From Seison nebaliae (taxonomy: Eukaryota), in the NCBI GenBank assembly GCA_023231475.1, contig JALJEE010000250.1, positions 1 through 64,000 on the forward strand: a stretch of DNA of 64,000 nt, written 5' to 3'. Each line of letters begins with the position of its first letter. The stretch's first letter is position 1. Shown here in pieces: positions 62,901-64,000 of this stretch. The notes under the pieces were generated by a model that was given only the letters and a program-made list of their open reading frames with translations, searched no databases and was not told the origin of the DNA. The position numbers and the translations under genes were made by a program.

Positions 62901-63852
62901 AGACAAATATGAAATTCCTCTTCCTTCAGATAAAACGAAAATGATTATCAATTTTTTTGGAAGTGATGGAAATCGATATGATCGAAAATTGACATTAGAT
63001 TCTACTAAACGTAATGATTTTTTGATGTATCCTCTTATGGAAATTTCGAGAAAGATCATCGACTTAAAACGTTCTTATCTGACGATACCGGTTGAACGGA
63101 TAATGATGATAAATTATCAGTATATTTTGACCATTCATCAACCACGAATATGTCTCCAAAATTATTTGTATGATTGTTCTAAGAAATTATTTCCCGATGA
63201 TCTTCAACCATCTCAATGTTATAAGATGTTCAAGAATAATAAAAATCGATTAAGAACATTGATGGAAATCCTCCATAAGACACGTCCACTTCTTTTTCAT
63301 TTTTATTTCGAGTACTGTTCTAGTGTCAATGAAGTTCATCATGCTAGAAAGAATTTTATTCGATCAACTGCAATTAACAATTTTTTCATGAAATTATTCC
63401 ACATTAAAAGTCAACTGTTAAAGAATATATACATCAATCCTCATAACGGACAAATGATATGTGATTCGTTCTATGATATATTACAATTGAGAAAAGATGA
63501 AAAGAAATGGGGAGATATTCCCATACGATTGACGAGAAATATTCGTGCTGCATTCGGTTCCACTGATATGATTGGTCATTATAATCAATTCTTCCATCAG
63601 TTGAACAACATTTTTGCCCGACAATCTACAACTTTATCTATTATGTCGTTTATGATTTCCGTGGAGGATGATACGATATTTCCACATCTCAATTATCAAC
63701 TGGAAGACAATGAAGTTTTATATTGCAAAACTATTCTCAAATATAAAGGTGCCAAGATAGTTCCAATAAACACCACGGAACAACTAACTGAGAAGGCAAC
63801 CGATATCGTAGAACTTTCGAAAATGCATTCGTTATGGATGCCATATTTATAA
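56912..63852 (+). CDS. ATM-like PIKK-family protein with a degenerate catalytic site (pseudokinase), ~2,270 aa, 4 exons
   Basis: Long helical N-part. The C-terminal PI3K-like domain has GSDG, RKNFIRSTA and IPIRLTRNI, followed by a FATC-like end ATDIVELSKMHSLWMPYL*. Introns 56975-57025, 57105-57149 and 57442-57509 link MEFSEL.. to ORF 57571..63852. Confidence 0.8.
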
Positions 63853-64000
63853 ATTGATTACTTTCTCACATATCAACTTTTTATAACATCGTTTAAACAT
63901 CATCTTTTCTAAAAACAAATATTAGCGAATAATCGAAAAAATATTTTGAATTTCCTGTCAATTATTGTTTTTCTATTCTTTTAAAGAATAATTTACGAAA

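Noticed and set aside
57571..63852. Calling the PIKK-like gene TRRAP or a functional ATM/ATR
   Set aside because: It is much shorter than typical TRRAP and has ATM-like kinase-lobe motifs, but lacks catalytic residues. Left without a gene symbol pending phylogeny.

Overview
AT-rich, gene-dense DNA from a compact-genome invertebrate animal, not a prokaryote; no CRISPR array or operon logic applies, and the taxon cannot be fixed from the window. Almost half the window (~2.6-30.6 kb, minus strand) is one giant obscurin/UNC-89-family muscle gene: Ig-SH3-SH3-RhoGEF-PH, many Ig domains, two Glu-rich spring-like segments, and two degenerate kinase domains. It encodes roughly 9,000 aa, with an apparently uninterrupted ~22.7-kb exon. 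The other recognisable genes are COMMD4, an ALDH3/FALDH, a CABIT-domain (GAREM/Serrano-like) adaptor, an intronless Neurexin IV/Caspr, a VWC-Kazal-Kazal inhibitor, an intronless CYP2-clan P450, an intron-containing tRNA-Tyr(GTA), two divergent C-lectin/PAN-like secreted proteins, and two orphan secreted proteins. There is also a ~2,270-aa ATM-like PIKK whose catalytic residues are lost. Mobile-element relics include LINE 3' ends (one joined to an inverted RT piece), a hAT transposase and a possible gypsy integrase tail. The most unusual signals are: (1) the intact but apparently catalytically dead ATM-like PIKK; (2) a splice code of mostly 36-68 nt introns that nearly always start GTT and often end AAG; (3) the titin-like obscurin with a duplicated ~1,100-aa super-module; (4) a 59-aa secreted Trp-motif peptide missed by the ORF track; (5) a near-perfect 28-bp hairpin just upstream of the pseudo-ATM. 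Exon boundaries and family assignments were made by eye from frame continuity and remembered family motifs; no alignment or database search was run.
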